Counted from the first letter of the stretch, positions 53,379 to 63,279 are shown. The stretch: 64,000 nucleotides of DNA from a bacterium (GCA_041946805.1 JBHGBC010000001.1:64001-128000); one strand, 5' to 3'. The notes: a model not told the origin generated them from the sequence alone. Translations and numbers: made by a program.

Positions 53379-53613
53379 TTTAAATGACGGAGCGGCAAAA
53401 AGTCACTTTATTGTGGTGCGGACATCTTGTCTGCGCAAAAATAGGGTTGCAGGCGGAACGCCTGCGCCACAATATATAGATCATCACCGTATTATTTTCA
53501 CTTTTTGCCGCTTTGTCTTGAATGCGCTTTTGACACAGGACAAATCCGTGCCGCAGTCCTCCTATTTCATGCAGCACGAAAACTCACCCAAACCAGTACG
53601 GTCTATCTTGAGA

Positions 53614-53628
53614 GCAAGGTCCATGCCA
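53614..53628 (-). promoter_or_regulatory. Sigma54 -24/-12 promoter for tolC-cusB-cusA
   Basis: Minus strand TGGCATGGACCTTGC (GG-N10-GC), downstream of a sigma54 activator gene. Confidence 0.75.
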
Positions 53629-53721
53629 CGCGGGGAGAATCCCACGATTCACGGAAACATGCGTTTTTCCAGGAATATCCGAGTATGAATCTTGGTAATG
53701 TGGTTTTGTCAGGCGCGGAGA

Positions 53722-53737
53722 TGATGCATTTGCATCA
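53722..53737. promoter_or_regulatory. Putative activator binding site (UAS)
   Basis: Palindrome TGATGC-ATTT-GCATCA about 95 bp upstream of the sigma54 promoter. Confidence 0.55.
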
Positions 53738-53812
53738 CCGGATTGTTGTAAATGAACAACCGGCCTGCTCTTCCAAGGGGAAAAAGGAACGCGCCTCGCC
53801 TGCCTTGCCCTT

Positions 53813-55165
53813 CTAGGGTAAGCCGTATTTTTTCATTCGGTAGATCAGGGTCTGGCGGGAGATGCCCAACAACTTGGCGGCCTGGTTCTGGTTCCCACCG
53901 GTTTTCTTCAGCGCCGCGGCGATCAACTCTTTTTCCACTTCTTCCAACACGATTCCCTGGGGAGGGATCTCGATTCCCAGCCGGCTGAACGTGGGCCGCG
54001 CGGCGCGGATGTGGTCCGGCAGGTCGCTCACCTGGATGCGGTCCTCCCGTTGCCGCAACACCACCGCCTGTTCGATCACATTCCGCAACTCACGGACATT
54101 CCCCGGCCAGTGGTAATTCTTCAGGACCTCATAGACTTCCGGATCGGCCGAGAGCCGCCCGCCTCCCCATTCCCGTAAAAAATACTGAATCAACAATGGG
54201 ATATCATCCAACCGTTCCCGCAAGGGGGGGACGCGGATGGGAACCACGCTCAACCGGTAATACAGGTCTTCACGGAACCGGCCTTTTTCCATTTGTTGTT
54301 TGAGAGTTTTGTTGGTGGCGGCGATCACCCGGACATCGGCGGGGATGGGGACGCGGCTGCCGACCTTGTCGATTTCCTTTTCTTGCAGCACGCGCAACAG
54401 TTTGCCTTGCAGGTCCAGCCGCATGTCCGCAATTTCGTCCAAAAAGATCGTCCCGCCCTGGGCCAGTTCGAATTTGCCGGTGCGGTCCTGGATCGCGCCG
54501 GTGAACGCGCCTTTGACATGGCCGAAGAATTCGCTTTCCATCAGGTGTTCGGGAATGGCGGCGCAATTCACGGCGATGAACGGCTTCTTTTGCCGGGGGC
54601 TGTTGTAGTGGATGGCCTGGGCGATCAATTCCTTGCCCGTGCCGCTTTCGCCCTCCAGGAGAACCGACGAATCCGTTTGGCTTACCCGCCGGACGATATG
54701 AAAAACCCTTTCCATCGCCTCCGAGCCGCCCACGATGTGGTCAAACTGGAAGCGTTGCAGAAGGGCTTCCTGCAAGTGCACGTTTTCCCGCATCAAACCC
54801 TGGTAAGTCAAGGCTTTTTCCACCGTGACCAGCAACTCGTCCTTCGCGAACGGCTTGCACAAATAATCGTGCGCGCCGGTTTTCAAGGCGGTGATGGCCG
54901 TATCGATCGATCCGTGGGCGGTGATCACGATCACCAGGGTGGGCAGCGACAGGCGCTTGATTTCCGCCAGCAAGGCCAGTCCGTCCATCCCCGGCATCTT
55001 GATGTCCGTGATCACCAGGCCGGGATTGTCCTCCTTGAAGCGCCGCAAGCCTTCCTCCCCGCTGGCCGCCGCGCTGACATGGTAGCCGGCCTCCTCCAGC
55101 TGGAACTGGATCACCCGCAACAAGCTGGGATCGTCGTCCACCAGTAAGATGTGATGCGCCGCCAT
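53813..55165 (-). CDS. Sigma54-dependent NtrC-family response regulator
   Basis: Receiver (LVDDD, TDIKMPGMDG), GESGTGKE, GAFTGA, FLDEI, FREDLYYRL, WPGNVREL, Fis-type HTH. Confidence 0.96.
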   Translation of the reverse strand: MAAHHILLVDDDPSLLRVIQFQLEEAGYHVSAAASGEEGLRRFKEDNPGLVITDIKMPGMDGLALLAEIKRLSLPTLVIVITAHGSIDTAITALKTGAHDYLCKPFAKDELLVTVEKALTYQGLMRENVHLQEALLQRFQFDHIVGGSEAMERVFHIVRRVSQTDSSVLLEGESGTGKELIAQAIHYNSPRQKKPFIAVNCAAIPEHLMESEFFGHVKGAFTGAIQDRTGKFELAQGGTIFLDEIADMRLDLQGKLLRVLQEKEIDKVGSRVPIPADVRVIAATNKTLKQQMEKGRFREDLYYRLSVVPIRVPPLRERLDDIPLLIQYFLREWGGGRLSADPEVYEVLKNYHWPGNVRELRNVIEQAVVLRQREDRIQVSDLPDHIRAARPTFSRLGIEIPPQGIVLEEVEKELIAAALKKTGGNQNQAAKLLGISRQTLIYRMKKYGLP

Positions 55166-56266
55166 CTACTCCGCCTCCGGATGCCGGGGGATTCTGACGG
55201 TAAACCGCGCGCCGCCTTCCGGACGGTTTTCCGCTTGAATCACGCCTCCGTGATGATGGGCGATTTTCTGCGCGATCGAAAGCCCCAGCCCGGTGCCGTT
55301 GGCCCGGGTTGTGAAGAAGGGATCGAAGATCCGGGGCCGGATGGCTTCGGGGATGCCCGGACCGCTGTCTTCCACGACGCCCAGGACGTCCGGCCCATCC
55401 CGGCGGGCGGTGAGGATCAGTTCCCCGCCCTGGGGCATGGCTTGCATGGCATTGGCGATGAGGTTGGCGGTGATTTGCTTCAACTGGGCCGGATCGAAAT
55501 GCACGGCCGGCAATCCGGGTTCGTACCGGCGGATCACCTGAATCCGGCGCGCTTTCCGTTGCTGCGCCGTCAAATCCAACACGGCGTCGATCGTTTCCTC
55601 CAGGCGGCAATCGGCGGGCTTTTGCGTCTTGGGGCGGGCGAAATCCAACACCCCGCCGACCACGTGAGTCAGATGCCGCGTTTCCCGCCGCAGGATATCC
55701 GAGAACTCCTGGCGCTGTTCCGGCGTCAAGGCGTCAGAGGTGAGGATTTCCGCCGCGCCCTGAATCGAGGCCAGGGGCGTGCGGATTTCGTGCGCGATCC
55801 CCGCCGACAGCTCGGCCAGCGCCTGCACGCGCTCCGTCCGCCGCAACTGCTCTTCCGCCTTCAGCACCTGCTCGGTCTTTTGCCGCAGCTCCGCGTACGA
55901 CTGCTCCAATTTTTCCGAGGCGCGGAGGAAGCGCTCGGACAAGATCCCCGTGACAAATCCCAAAAACAGATGAACGAACACCTCCAACGTCTGATGGAAA
56001 TTCTGGCTGAAAAAATTCCCCCCCCATTGAAACCAAATATGCGACAGGTGCATCAGGGCCATGAATGTTCCCGTGACCATGCCTCCCCAGAAGCCGAACC
56101 AATACGCCGCGACGATGATGGGAAAGTAGCAAAGCCGGTCAAACACCAAGTGCCAATGGTGATACGGCACCGGAGTCAGGAAATGAAGACACGAAATCAA
56201 GAGGGACGCTCCGGCGATCAATCCGGCGCGCGGGAGGAAATGAGGCGAGTGGGTGGTGGACTTCAT
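55166..56266 (-). CDS. Sensor histidine kinase with His-rich intramembrane sensing region
   Basis: N-terminal TM helices, AHEIRTPL, NLIANAMQA, DSGPGI, FDPFFTT, GTGLGL. Confidence 0.94.
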   Translation of the reverse strand: MKSTTHSPHFLPRAGLIAGASLLISCLHFLTPVPYHHWHLVFDRLCYFPIIVAAYWFGFWGGMVTGTFMALMHLSHIWFQWGGNFFSQNFHQTLEVFVHLFLGFVTGILSERFLRASEKLEQSYAELRQKTEQVLKAEEQLRRTERVQALAELSAGIAHEIRTPLASIQGAAEILTSDALTPEQRQEFSDILRRETRHLTHVVGGVLDFARPKTQKPADCRLEETIDAVLDLTAQQRKARRIQVIRRYEPGLPAVHFDPAQLKQITANLIANAMQAMPQGGELILTARRDGPDVLGVVEDSGPGIPEAIRPRIFDPFFTTRANGTGLGLSIAQKIAHHHGGVIQAENRPEGGARFTVRIPRHPEAE

Positions 56267-56413
56267 GGAATGGGCTTCAGTGCTTTCTCAGGATAAACGC
56301 ATCCCGGAAGATCCTATATTGTACCATCGATCACTCGGGGCCATCGGGCACGGAAACCCTCAATCCCCCAACGGCTGGTTTCCCCAAAATACCCAATGAG
56401 CATCGCGTTCTGA

Positions 56414-56450
56414 TGATGCGCTTGCCACACCCCCTGTTGGTTTTGCATCA
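56414..56450. promoter_or_regulatory. Tandem putative activator binding sites
   Basis: TGATGC-GCTT-GCCACA (56414) and TGTTGG-TTTT-GCATCA (56435), resembling the 53722 palindrome. Confidence 0.5.
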
Positions 56451-56550
56451 TCCCCCACCATCCCCTGAAATCCCGGAGGCCAAGAGAGGGTGTTTCCGAA
56501 CTCTTTGAAACCGCGCCACTTATTCCGAAATCAGCCTCCAGTATGGGATT

Positions 56551-56565
56551 TGGCGTGATTCTTGC
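56551..56565 (+). promoter_or_regulatory. Sigma54 -24/-12 promoter for the triple YHS/TRASH-like gene
   Basis: TGGCGTGATTCTTGC (GG-N10-GC) 100 bp before ATG 56665. Confidence 0.65.
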
Positions 56566-56664
56566 CCTATTGCCTAAACAACCGGTCACAAGATACACCC
56601 TGATTTGAAGGGCGCGAAGATTCAGATGACGGCCACATATCGAAACCGATGGAGGTGCAAGACG

Positions 56665-57453
56665 ATGAAGTATCAAGGATTCATGAACATACTATGGAGC
56701 TTTTTGGGGCTTGCGGGCGCATCCCTAGCTTTGATTTCAATGCCATTGCATGCCCAAACGGAACACAATCACGCCCAACATTCTTCCCAGGAGAGCCCAA
56801 CTGCATCGAAAACCATTCAGGAAATCCCGGGGGATCCCTACACCTTGTCCACCTGCCCGGTCTCCGGACAGACGTTGGGCTCGATGGGAGAATCCGTGAT
56901 CTATACTTACCAGGGAAGGGAAATTCGATTTTGCTGCGCGGCGTGTATCTCCAAGTTCGAAGCGGATCCCGGAAAGTTCATCCAGAAAATCGATCAATTA
57001 ATGATCCAGGATCAATTGCGAGTATATCCACTCGACACCTGCGTGGTATCGGGCGAGAAACTGGGCGGTTCCATGGGCAAGCCGGTCGATTTCATATACA
57101 AGAACCGCCTGGTCCGGTTTTGTTGTCCCTCCTGCGTCGACTCATTCAAAAAGGATCTGGACCGATTTTTGAAGAACCTGGATCAAGCGGTAATCGAGAA
57201 GCAAAGATCCTCATACCCGCTGACCACCTGCCCGGTTTCGGGCGAGAAATTGGGCGGATCCATGGGCAAGCCCGTGGACAAGTTGGTGGCGAACCGCTTG
57301 GTCCGGCTTTGCTGCCCGGCCTGTGAAACGGCCTTGGCCAAGAACCCGCAAAAAATCCTGGGAAAAGTGTACGGGACATCGGCTCCAAAACCTAACGTTC
57401 ACGGATCCCATAAACAAAAAGTGGGCCATAATCCTGCAGGCTACAGACACTAA
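56665..57453 (+). CDS. Exported protein with three YHS/TRASH-like Cys repeats, putative metal chaperone
   Basis: GGAGGT RBS; signal peptide; His-rich N-terminus; three copies of C[PV]VSG..LG(G)SMG..V......R..R[FL]CC..C. Confidence 0.85.
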   Translation: MKYQGFMNILWSFLGLAGASLALISMPLHAQTEHNHAQHSSQESPTASKTIQEIPGDPYTLSTCPVSGQTLGSMGESVIYTYQGREIRFCCAACISKFEADPGKFIQKIDQLMIQDQLRVYPLDTCVVSGEKLGGSMGKPVDFIYKNRLVRFCCPSCVDSFKKDLDRFLKNLDQAVIEKQRSSYPLTTCPVSGEKLGGSMGKPVDKLVANRLVRLCCPACETALAKNPQKILGKVYGTSAPKPNVHGSHKQKVGHNPAGYRH

Positions 57454-57543
57454 AAAAGAATTTACAAGTGAAACAATTATGACATTTTCCATGGATTGTA
57501 GCGTGTACATCTCGTCCGAACCCACCTGCCTTCACCCGGAATT

Positions 57544-57613
57544 CCCTCTCCCTCGGGGAGAGGGTCAGGGTGAGGGTTTTTTGGTAGGGGCGGGCCTTGG
57601 TGTCCGTCCGCGT
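57544..57613 (+). repeat. Composite REP (CCCTCTCCC family + GTAGGGGCGGGCCTTGGTGTCC)
   Basis: Same composite at 58964-59037; second module alone at 16980-17016. Confidence 0.8.
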
Positions 57614-57686
57614 TACCGTGTGGATGGATTCCCTTTTCCCATCCGGTTCACGCTAGCCGGATCACTCCTTTCCCGTGCGGTCAAGG

Positions 57687-58832
57687 TCAAATCAGGACCA
57701 GGTTGTTGCGGTGCACGACGACCGCCGATTTGCGGGTGTTGAGGATCTCGCGGATCTCCTCGCTGGACCGGCCCTGGATCTTGCGCAATTCCGACGACGA
57801 AAAGTTCACGAGGCCCCGCGCGATTTCCTGGCCTCCCAGGCCGGTGATCTGCACCAGGTCCTTGACCTGGAAGTGGCCGATGGTTTCCCGGATTCCCGAA
57901 GCGAGAAGGCTTTTGCCGTATTCGCGCAGGGCCGCCGCCGCGCCGTCATCCACGACCACCTTGGCCCCGGTCGGGCTTTTGGCGAAAGCCAGGTAATATT
58001 TCCACGCCGCCATGCGTTTTTTGGAGGGCATGATCCACGTCGCCCGGGCGTTCCCCGAAAAGAGGTCCCCGATGATCCCGAGCTTGAGCCCATTGGCGAT
58101 CACCACGGGAATCCCCTTGGACGAGGCGATCTTCCCCGCCGTCAACTTGGACCGCATCCCCCCCATGGACAACGGATTCTGGCTGTCCTTGATCCAAGAC
58201 TGGACCTGGTCGATGTCGTTGTCGATCACCTCGATCAGGTCGTGGCCGGCCTGGCCTTTCTTGAAATCCCGGTACACCCCGTCCTCGGTGGTCAACAACA
58301 GCAGCAGCCCGGCGTTCATCTTGCCGGCGACCAGGGCGGCCAGCATGTCGTTGTCGCCGAATTTCAGCTCGTCGGTGGAGACGGTGTCGTTCTCGTTGAT
58401 GATGGGGATCACCCCGATGGTCAACAAGTGTTGCAGGGTTTCGTTCGCATTCAGGTACGATTGCCGCCGGTCGAGGTCCATGCGCGTGAGCAGCACCTGC
58501 GCGGGAATGATGCCGTAGCGGCCGAACAAATCCGCATACAGGTTCATCAGCCGCCCTTGCCCCACGGCGGCGAGGGCCTGGCGCAGATGGATGGACGCGG
58601 GCCGCCCTTTGAAGCCCAGCGCCCGGACCCCCGCGCCCACCGCCCCCGACGAGACGATCAACACTTCGATGCCCTTGGCCCGCAGCCCGGCGATTTCCGC
58701 GGCGAGCGATTCCATCACCGGCCGGTTGAAATGCGTCTGCTCGTTGTCGATAACCCGGGTGCCGATTTTGATCACCACCCGTTTGACGTCTTTGAGGAGA
58801 ATATCCAATTGGCGGCGGACCAGTTCATTCAT
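57687..58832 (-). CDS. proB: Glutamate 5-kinase with PUA domain
   Basis: VVIKIGT, VSSGAVGAG, QALAAVGQ, PIINENDTV...FGDNDML, GGMRSKL, VDDGA...SLLASG. Confidence 0.96.
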   Translation of the reverse strand: MNELVRRQLDILLKDVKRVVIKIGTRVIDNEQTHFNRPVMESLAAEIAGLRAKGIEVLIVSSGAVGAGVRALGFKGRPASIHLRQALAAVGQGRLMNLYADLFGRYGIIPAQVLLTRMDLDRRQSYLNANETLQHLLTIGVIPIINENDTVSTDELKFGDNDMLAALVAGKMNAGLLLLLTTEDGVYRDFKKGQAGHDLIEVIDNDIDQVQSWIKDSQNPLSMGGMRSKLTAGKIASSKGIPVVIANGLKLGIIGDLFSGNARATWIMPSKKRMAAWKYYLAFAKSPTGAKVVVDDGAAAALREYGKSLLASGIRETIGHFQVKDLVQITGLGGQEIARGLVNFSSSELRKIQGRSSEEIREILNTRKSAVVVHRNNLVLI

Positions 58833-58963
58833 GGCGGTGCAATCCGAGGAAGAAACCTTTCCGGGAGTTGAAACACAGGGTTCATTCGTCCAATCCGTTC
58901 CCAGTGTAAAGGAGAAACGGCCGGGATCCCATTCCCGTGGTTCAGAAAAACCACCCCACATTC

Positions 58964-59037
58964 CCCTCTCCCTCAGGGAGAGGGCAGGGTGAGGGAATTT
59001 TTGCAGGGGTGGACCTTGGGTGTCCCCCCGCGTCATG
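58964..59037 (+). repeat. Composite REP (CCCTCTCCC family + GCAGGGGTGGACCTTGGGTGTCC)
   Basis: Direct-repeat homologue of 57544-57613. Confidence 0.8.
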
Positions 59038-59142
59038 ACGGGGGGGGAATATCCTCCACCCATCATGCGCGCAATGGCCGGATGAGCCTTATTGAGTAAC
59101 CGATAGAAGTGTAATCGGGATTGCCCCGTCCTTGAATCCTTC

Positions 59143-60192
59143 CTACGCCGCGGTTCCCCCGAATTCCTTCTGATAGAGCGCGACGATCCGGTCCCGCAGC
59201 GCGCCGGTCTGTTCCCGGGTCAGCGCCGAAATGACTAGAATGGACTCCGCCGGGATCTCCGGCTGCTCCTTGCGGAAACAATCGAGCACCACGCTCCTTT
59301 CTTCCTCGTCGGTGAGAAGATCGGCCTTGTTCAAAGTCACGAGATACGGACGCTCGAGGATGGACGGATCGTATTGGCGGATCTCATGCTGCAAGTCCCG
59401 GAACGCGCCGGGCGGCAGATCGGGATCGTGCGGCGAAATTTCGATGACGTAGACCAGCAGCCGGGTCCGTTCGATGTGCCGGAGAAAATCCAATCCCAAG
59501 CCCAATCCTTCATGCGCGCCCTGGATGATACCGGGGATGTCGGCGATGACGATGCCTCCGCCATCCGGCAGGGTGATCGTTCCCAAGACCGGGTGCAGGG
59601 TGGTGAACGGGTAATCCGCGATGCGCGGCCGCGCACCGGTGATGGCGGAAATCAAGGTCGACTTGCCCGCGTTGGGCAGGCCGATCAACCCCACATGCGC
59701 CACCATTTTCAGCTCCAGCAGAGCCGTGATCTCCTCGCCCGGCTTGCCCGGCGTGCATTGGCGGGGCGCCTGGTTGGTCGGGGTGGCGAAACGGGTGTTG
59801 CCCTTGCCTCCATGACCGCCGCGGGCCACCACCGCTTCAGTTCCTGGCTTATCCAGGTCCAGCAGGATCTCGCCGGTCTCGAGGTTTTTCACCACGGTCC
59901 CCGGCGGCACTTCGAGTGTCAGGTCTTCCCCGTTGGCCCCCGTGCGGTTGTTTTTCCCGCCGGGAGATCCGTTCCCCGCCCGGTAAAGGGGCTGGCTATG
60001 CAATTTTTCCAGAGTGTTCAGGCCGGGATGGACCCGGAGATAAATGGAACCGCCGTCTCCCCCGTCCCCGCCGTCGGGCCCGCCGAAGGGGACGTATTTC
60101 TCATGCCGGAACGAGACGATGCCATCGCCGCCATCCCCGGCTTTCAGGCGCAGTTTCACCCGGTCTATGAATTTCCCCTCCGGATACCCCAT
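59143..60192 (-). CDS. obgE: GTPase Obg/CgtA, short C-terminus
   Basis: FIDRV...AGDGGDG..SFRHEK..P.GGPDGGDGG, GLPNAGKST, YPFTTL.P, DIPG, NKAD. Confidence 0.96.
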   Translation of the reverse strand: MGYPEGKFIDRVKLRLKAGDGGDGIVSFRHEKYVPFGGPDGGDGGDGGSIYLRVHPGLNTLEKLHSQPLYRAGNGSPGGKNNRTGANGEDLTLEVPPGTVVKNLETGEILLDLDKPGTEAVVARGGHGGKGNTRFATPTNQAPRQCTPGKPGEEITALLELKMVAHVGLIGLPNAGKSTLISAITGARPRIADYPFTTLHPVLGTITLPDGGGIVIADIPGIIQGAHEGLGLGLDFLRHIERTRLLVYVIEISPHDPDLPPGAFRDLQHEIRQYDPSILERPYLVTLNKADLLTDEEERSVVLDCFRKEQPEIPAESILVISALTREQTGALRDRIVALYQKEFGGTAA

Positions 60193-60263
60193 GTTTCAAT
60201 CCGTGTTTCCTTTTTCATTCATCCGTCCTGGCCGCCCTATACGGGATTGGTGGCCATGCATAC

Positions 60264-60368
60264 GTTATTTAGGTGAATAATCTGAAATTCCCTCTCCCTC
60301 TGGAAGAGGATCACAGTGAGGGGAATCCTCTTTTCCACGCGCCTGACCCCGGTTTTCACCTGAATGGC
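60264..60368. repeat. CCCTCTCCC REP enclosed by imperfect 16-bp inverted repeats
   Basis: GTTATTTAGGTGAATA ... TTTTCACCTGAATGGC around the REP at 60290-60323. Confidence 0.55.
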
Positions 60369-60625
60369 AAGGAAAAACCTATCCATTCTTCCGGACCGCG
60401 CGCCGATTGAACCGCTCTTTGATCTCCACGGAGCCGGACGGTAAGATCATACTCCCGAACGGCTAAGGAGGAAGGATGGAAATATTCCCTTTTTTCCAAA
60501 AAATCGAATCGATCTGTCTTGAAAGAATCTCCTAAAATTGTTAATGTTAAAGATTATGAGCTGATAATTAATTATTCATTATAGGCCAAATTGAATGAAT
60601 TTATCAATTTTATCGGGAGATATTG

Positions 60626-61738
60626 ATGAAGATCTTGGTCACCGGAGGCGCGGGATTTATCGGTTCCTATATAGTGGATGAAATGCTCCGCCTGGGACAC
60701 CAAGTACGGATTTTTGACGCGCTGGATCCCCAAGTGCACCCCGGGGGGCAAAAGCCGGCGTATCTCAATCCGGAGGCGGAATTCATCCAGGGAGACGTGC
60801 GCGACATCCAAGCGCTGCAAAACGCCCTCCAGGGACAGGAGATTGTCTTCCATAAGGCGGCGGCGGTGGGGGTGGGGCAATCCCAATACCGCGTCAAGCA
60901 TTACGTGGATGTCAACACCGGGGGAACCGCCAATCTGTTGGACCTGCTGGTCAACACCAAGCATTCGGTGCGCAAATTGATCATCGCCTCGTCTCAAACC
61001 TGCTACGGCGAGGGGAATTGCGAATGCCCGGCGCATGGCCTCATCAAGCCCGAATACCGGAGCGAGGAGCAATTGCGGGCGGGACGGTGGGAGCATGAAT
61101 GCCCCCGCTGCGGCGTGGTGATGCGGCCGGTTCCCACGGTGGAATCCACCCCGCTGACCTGCCGCGTCATTTACGCCCTGACCAAACGCGACCAGGAAGA
61201 AATGGCCCTCGGCATCGGCGCCACCTATGGCATCCCCACCGTGGCCTTGCGCTACTTCAATGTGTACGGGCCGCGGCAGTCGCAATCCAATCCCTATACG
61301 GGGGTGATCGCCATTTTCATGGCCCGCCTGGCGAATGGGCGGGAGCCGGTGATCTACGAGGACGGCTTGCAATCCCGCGACTTCATCTCGGTCCATGACA
61401 TCGTCCAGGCCAACCGCCTGGCCATGGAACAGGACGCCGCGGACTACCAGGTCTTCAACGTGGGAACCGGCGCCGCGGTTTCCATCAAGACCATCGCCGA
61501 GACGCTGGCCGGAATATACGGCGTGGACATCGCTCCCGGCGTCACCCGCCAATTCCGGAAAAACGATACCCGCCACTGCACGGCGGATATCACGAAAATA
61601 AGGGAAATCCTGGGATTTCAACCCCGCGTCTCCCTGCGCGAGGGGTTGGAGGAAGTGGTGGCGTGGTCGCGTACGATCCAGCCCGAGGACCGCTTCGAAC
61701 AAGCCGCCCTCGAGCTGGCGAAGCATGGATTGACCTGA
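60626..61738 (+). CDS. NAD-dependent epimerase/dehydratase (extended SDR)
   Basis: LVTGGAGFIGS, YALTK (YxxxK), LRYFNVYGPRQ..SNPYTGV, RDFISV.DIV. Confidence 0.92.
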   Translation: MKILVTGGAGFIGSYIVDEMLRLGHQVRIFDALDPQVHPGGQKPAYLNPEAEFIQGDVRDIQALQNALQGQEIVFHKAAAVGVGQSQYRVKHYVDVNTGGTANLLDLLVNTKHSVRKLIIASSQTCYGEGNCECPAHGLIKPEYRSEEQLRAGRWEHECPRCGVVMRPVPTVESTPLTCRVIYALTKRDQEEMALGIGATYGIPTVALRYFNVYGPRQSQSNPYTGVIAIFMARLANGREPVIYEDGLQSRDFISVHDIVQANRLAMEQDAADYQVFNVGTGAAVSIKTIAETLAGIYGVDIAPGVTRQFRKNDTRHCTADITKIREILGFQPRVSLREGLEEVVAWSRTIQPEDRFEQAALELAKHGLT

Positions 61739-61739
61739 C

Positions 61740-62363
61740 ATGACGCTGGTGGACATTCAACATTTTTTCGATCGGCTTCGGCCCCCCCTGGAAAGCACGC
61801 TTCTGGCCGGTTTCGTTTCCCTGGGTCCCGGAGACCGGGTGTTGGAAGTGGGATGCGGCACGGGATACATCTCCCTGGTCCTGGGGTGGAAGCATCCCTT
61901 CAGCCGTGAAATCGTCGGTGTGGACATCGATCCCGCCGCGGTGCAGGACGCGGAGAAAAACCGGCGGGAATTGGAGGAAATCTGGAAAGGCTATCTGCCG
62001 CCCATCCGGTTTCTCCGGGCTGACTTGGCGGAGATGGACACCAGCTGGCCGCGCTTCGACTTCCTGGTCAGCAATCCGCCCTTTTTCCCGGCGAAAGCCT
62101 CCCGCCCTTCCCCCTCGGCTTCCCGCCGCGCGGCCCGGCAGGACAAGCAGCTCACTCCGGAAATCCTGATGGCCGGCGCCGTCCGCCTTTTGAATCCGGG
62201 CGGCCTGCTGGCCTTGGTGTATCCCGCCCTGCGGGTGCATGAAATCTACACCCGCGCGCGGGAGAACGCCTTCGAAGTCATCAAGGAAGAAATCCACTCC
62301 GGCGTGCGGATGCGGAACGGCGGCATCCGCCTCCTGCTCATGAAACGTCTAGTACTTTCCTGA
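61740..62363 (+). CDS. SAM-dependent amino-methyltransferase, TrmN6/YfiC-like
   Basis: VLEVGCGTG motif I, GVDID, VSNPPFF motif IV, L.PGG.L..VYP..R. Confidence 0.75.
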   Translation: MTLVDIQHFFDRLRPPLESTLLAGFVSLGPGDRVLEVGCGTGYISLVLGWKHPFSREIVGVDIDPAAVQDAEKNRRELEEIWKGYLPPIRFLRADLAEMDTSWPRFDFLVSNPPFFPAKASRPSPSASRRAARQDKQLTPEILMAGAVRLLNPGGLLALVYPALRVHEIYTRARENAFEVIKEEIHSGVRMRNGGIRLLLMKRLVLS

Positions 62364-63279
62364 AATAGGCGATGGTTTTCTGAAGCCCCTCGCGGAGCGC
62401 CACCTTCGGCTCCCATCCCAACTTCTGCCGCGCCTGGGTGATATCGGGCTGGCGCACTTTCGGATCATCCTCCGGCAGTTCGCGGCACACCACCGGGCTG
62501 GACGAACCGGTCAGTTCCAGCACCACCCGGCTGAGCTCCGCCACCGTCATCTCGGCCGGATTGCCGATGTTCACCGGCATCCGCTCGTCCGATTCCAGCA
62601 ACCGGATGATGCCCTCCACCTCGTCCGAAACATAGCAAAACGACCGGGTTTGATGCCCGTCGCCGAAAATGGTCAGCGGCTCGTTTTTCAACGCCTGGGT
62701 GATGAAGGTCGAGACCACACGCCCGTCATGCACCCGCATCCGGGGCCCGTAGGTGTTGAAGATGCGGACAATGCGGGTCTCGATGCCATGATACCGGTGA
62801 TAGGCCATGGTCATGGCTTCGGCGAAGCGCTTCGCCTCGTCGTACACGCCCCGGGGGCCGATGGGATTCACGTTGCCCCAATAGGATTCATGCTGGGGAT
62901 GGATCAACGGATCGCCGTACACCTCGGACGTGGACGCCAGCAGAAACCGGGCCTTTTTCTCCTTGGCCAGCCCCAGCGCCTTGTGAGTGCCCAAGGATCC
63001 CACTTTCAACGTCTGAATGGGCAGTTTGAGGTAATCGACCGGGCTGGCGGGCGAGGCGAAGTGGAGGATGTTGTCGATATTGCCGGGGACGTGGACGTAA
63101 TTGGTGACATCTTGGTATATGAAAAGACAATCCTTGCGGCCGATGAGGTGTTCGATGTTGCTGAGACTGCCGGTGATCAGGTTGTCCATGCAAATCACTT
63201 CGTGGCCGCGTTCCAACAAGGCGTCCGCCAGGTGGGATCCTAAAAATCCCGCCCCTCCCGTGATCAAGGTCCGTGGCAT
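62338..63279 (-). CDS. UDP-glucuronate decarboxylase (UDP-xylose synthase) family
   Basis: [69 protein letters not shown]. Confidence 0.93.
   Translation of the reverse strand: MPRTLITGGAGFLGSHLADALLERGHEVICMDNLITGSLSNIEHLIGRKDCLFIYQDVTNYVHVPGNIDNILHFASPASPVDYLKLPIQTLKVGSLGTHKALGLAKEKKARFLLASTSEVYGDPLIHPQHESYWGNVNPIGPRGVYDEAKRFAEAMTMAYHRYHGIETRIVRIFNTYGPRMRVHDGRVVSTFITQALKNEPLTIFGDGHQTRSFCYVSDEVEGIIRLLESDERMPVNIGNPAEMTVAELSRVVLELTGSSSPVVCRELPEDDPKVRQPDITQARQKLGWEPKVALREGLQKTIAYFRKVLDVS

Noticed and set aside
62338..62363. Convergent 3' gene overlaps (also 5622-5635)
   Set aside because: Short tail-to-tail overlaps are common in bacteria and show no further structure
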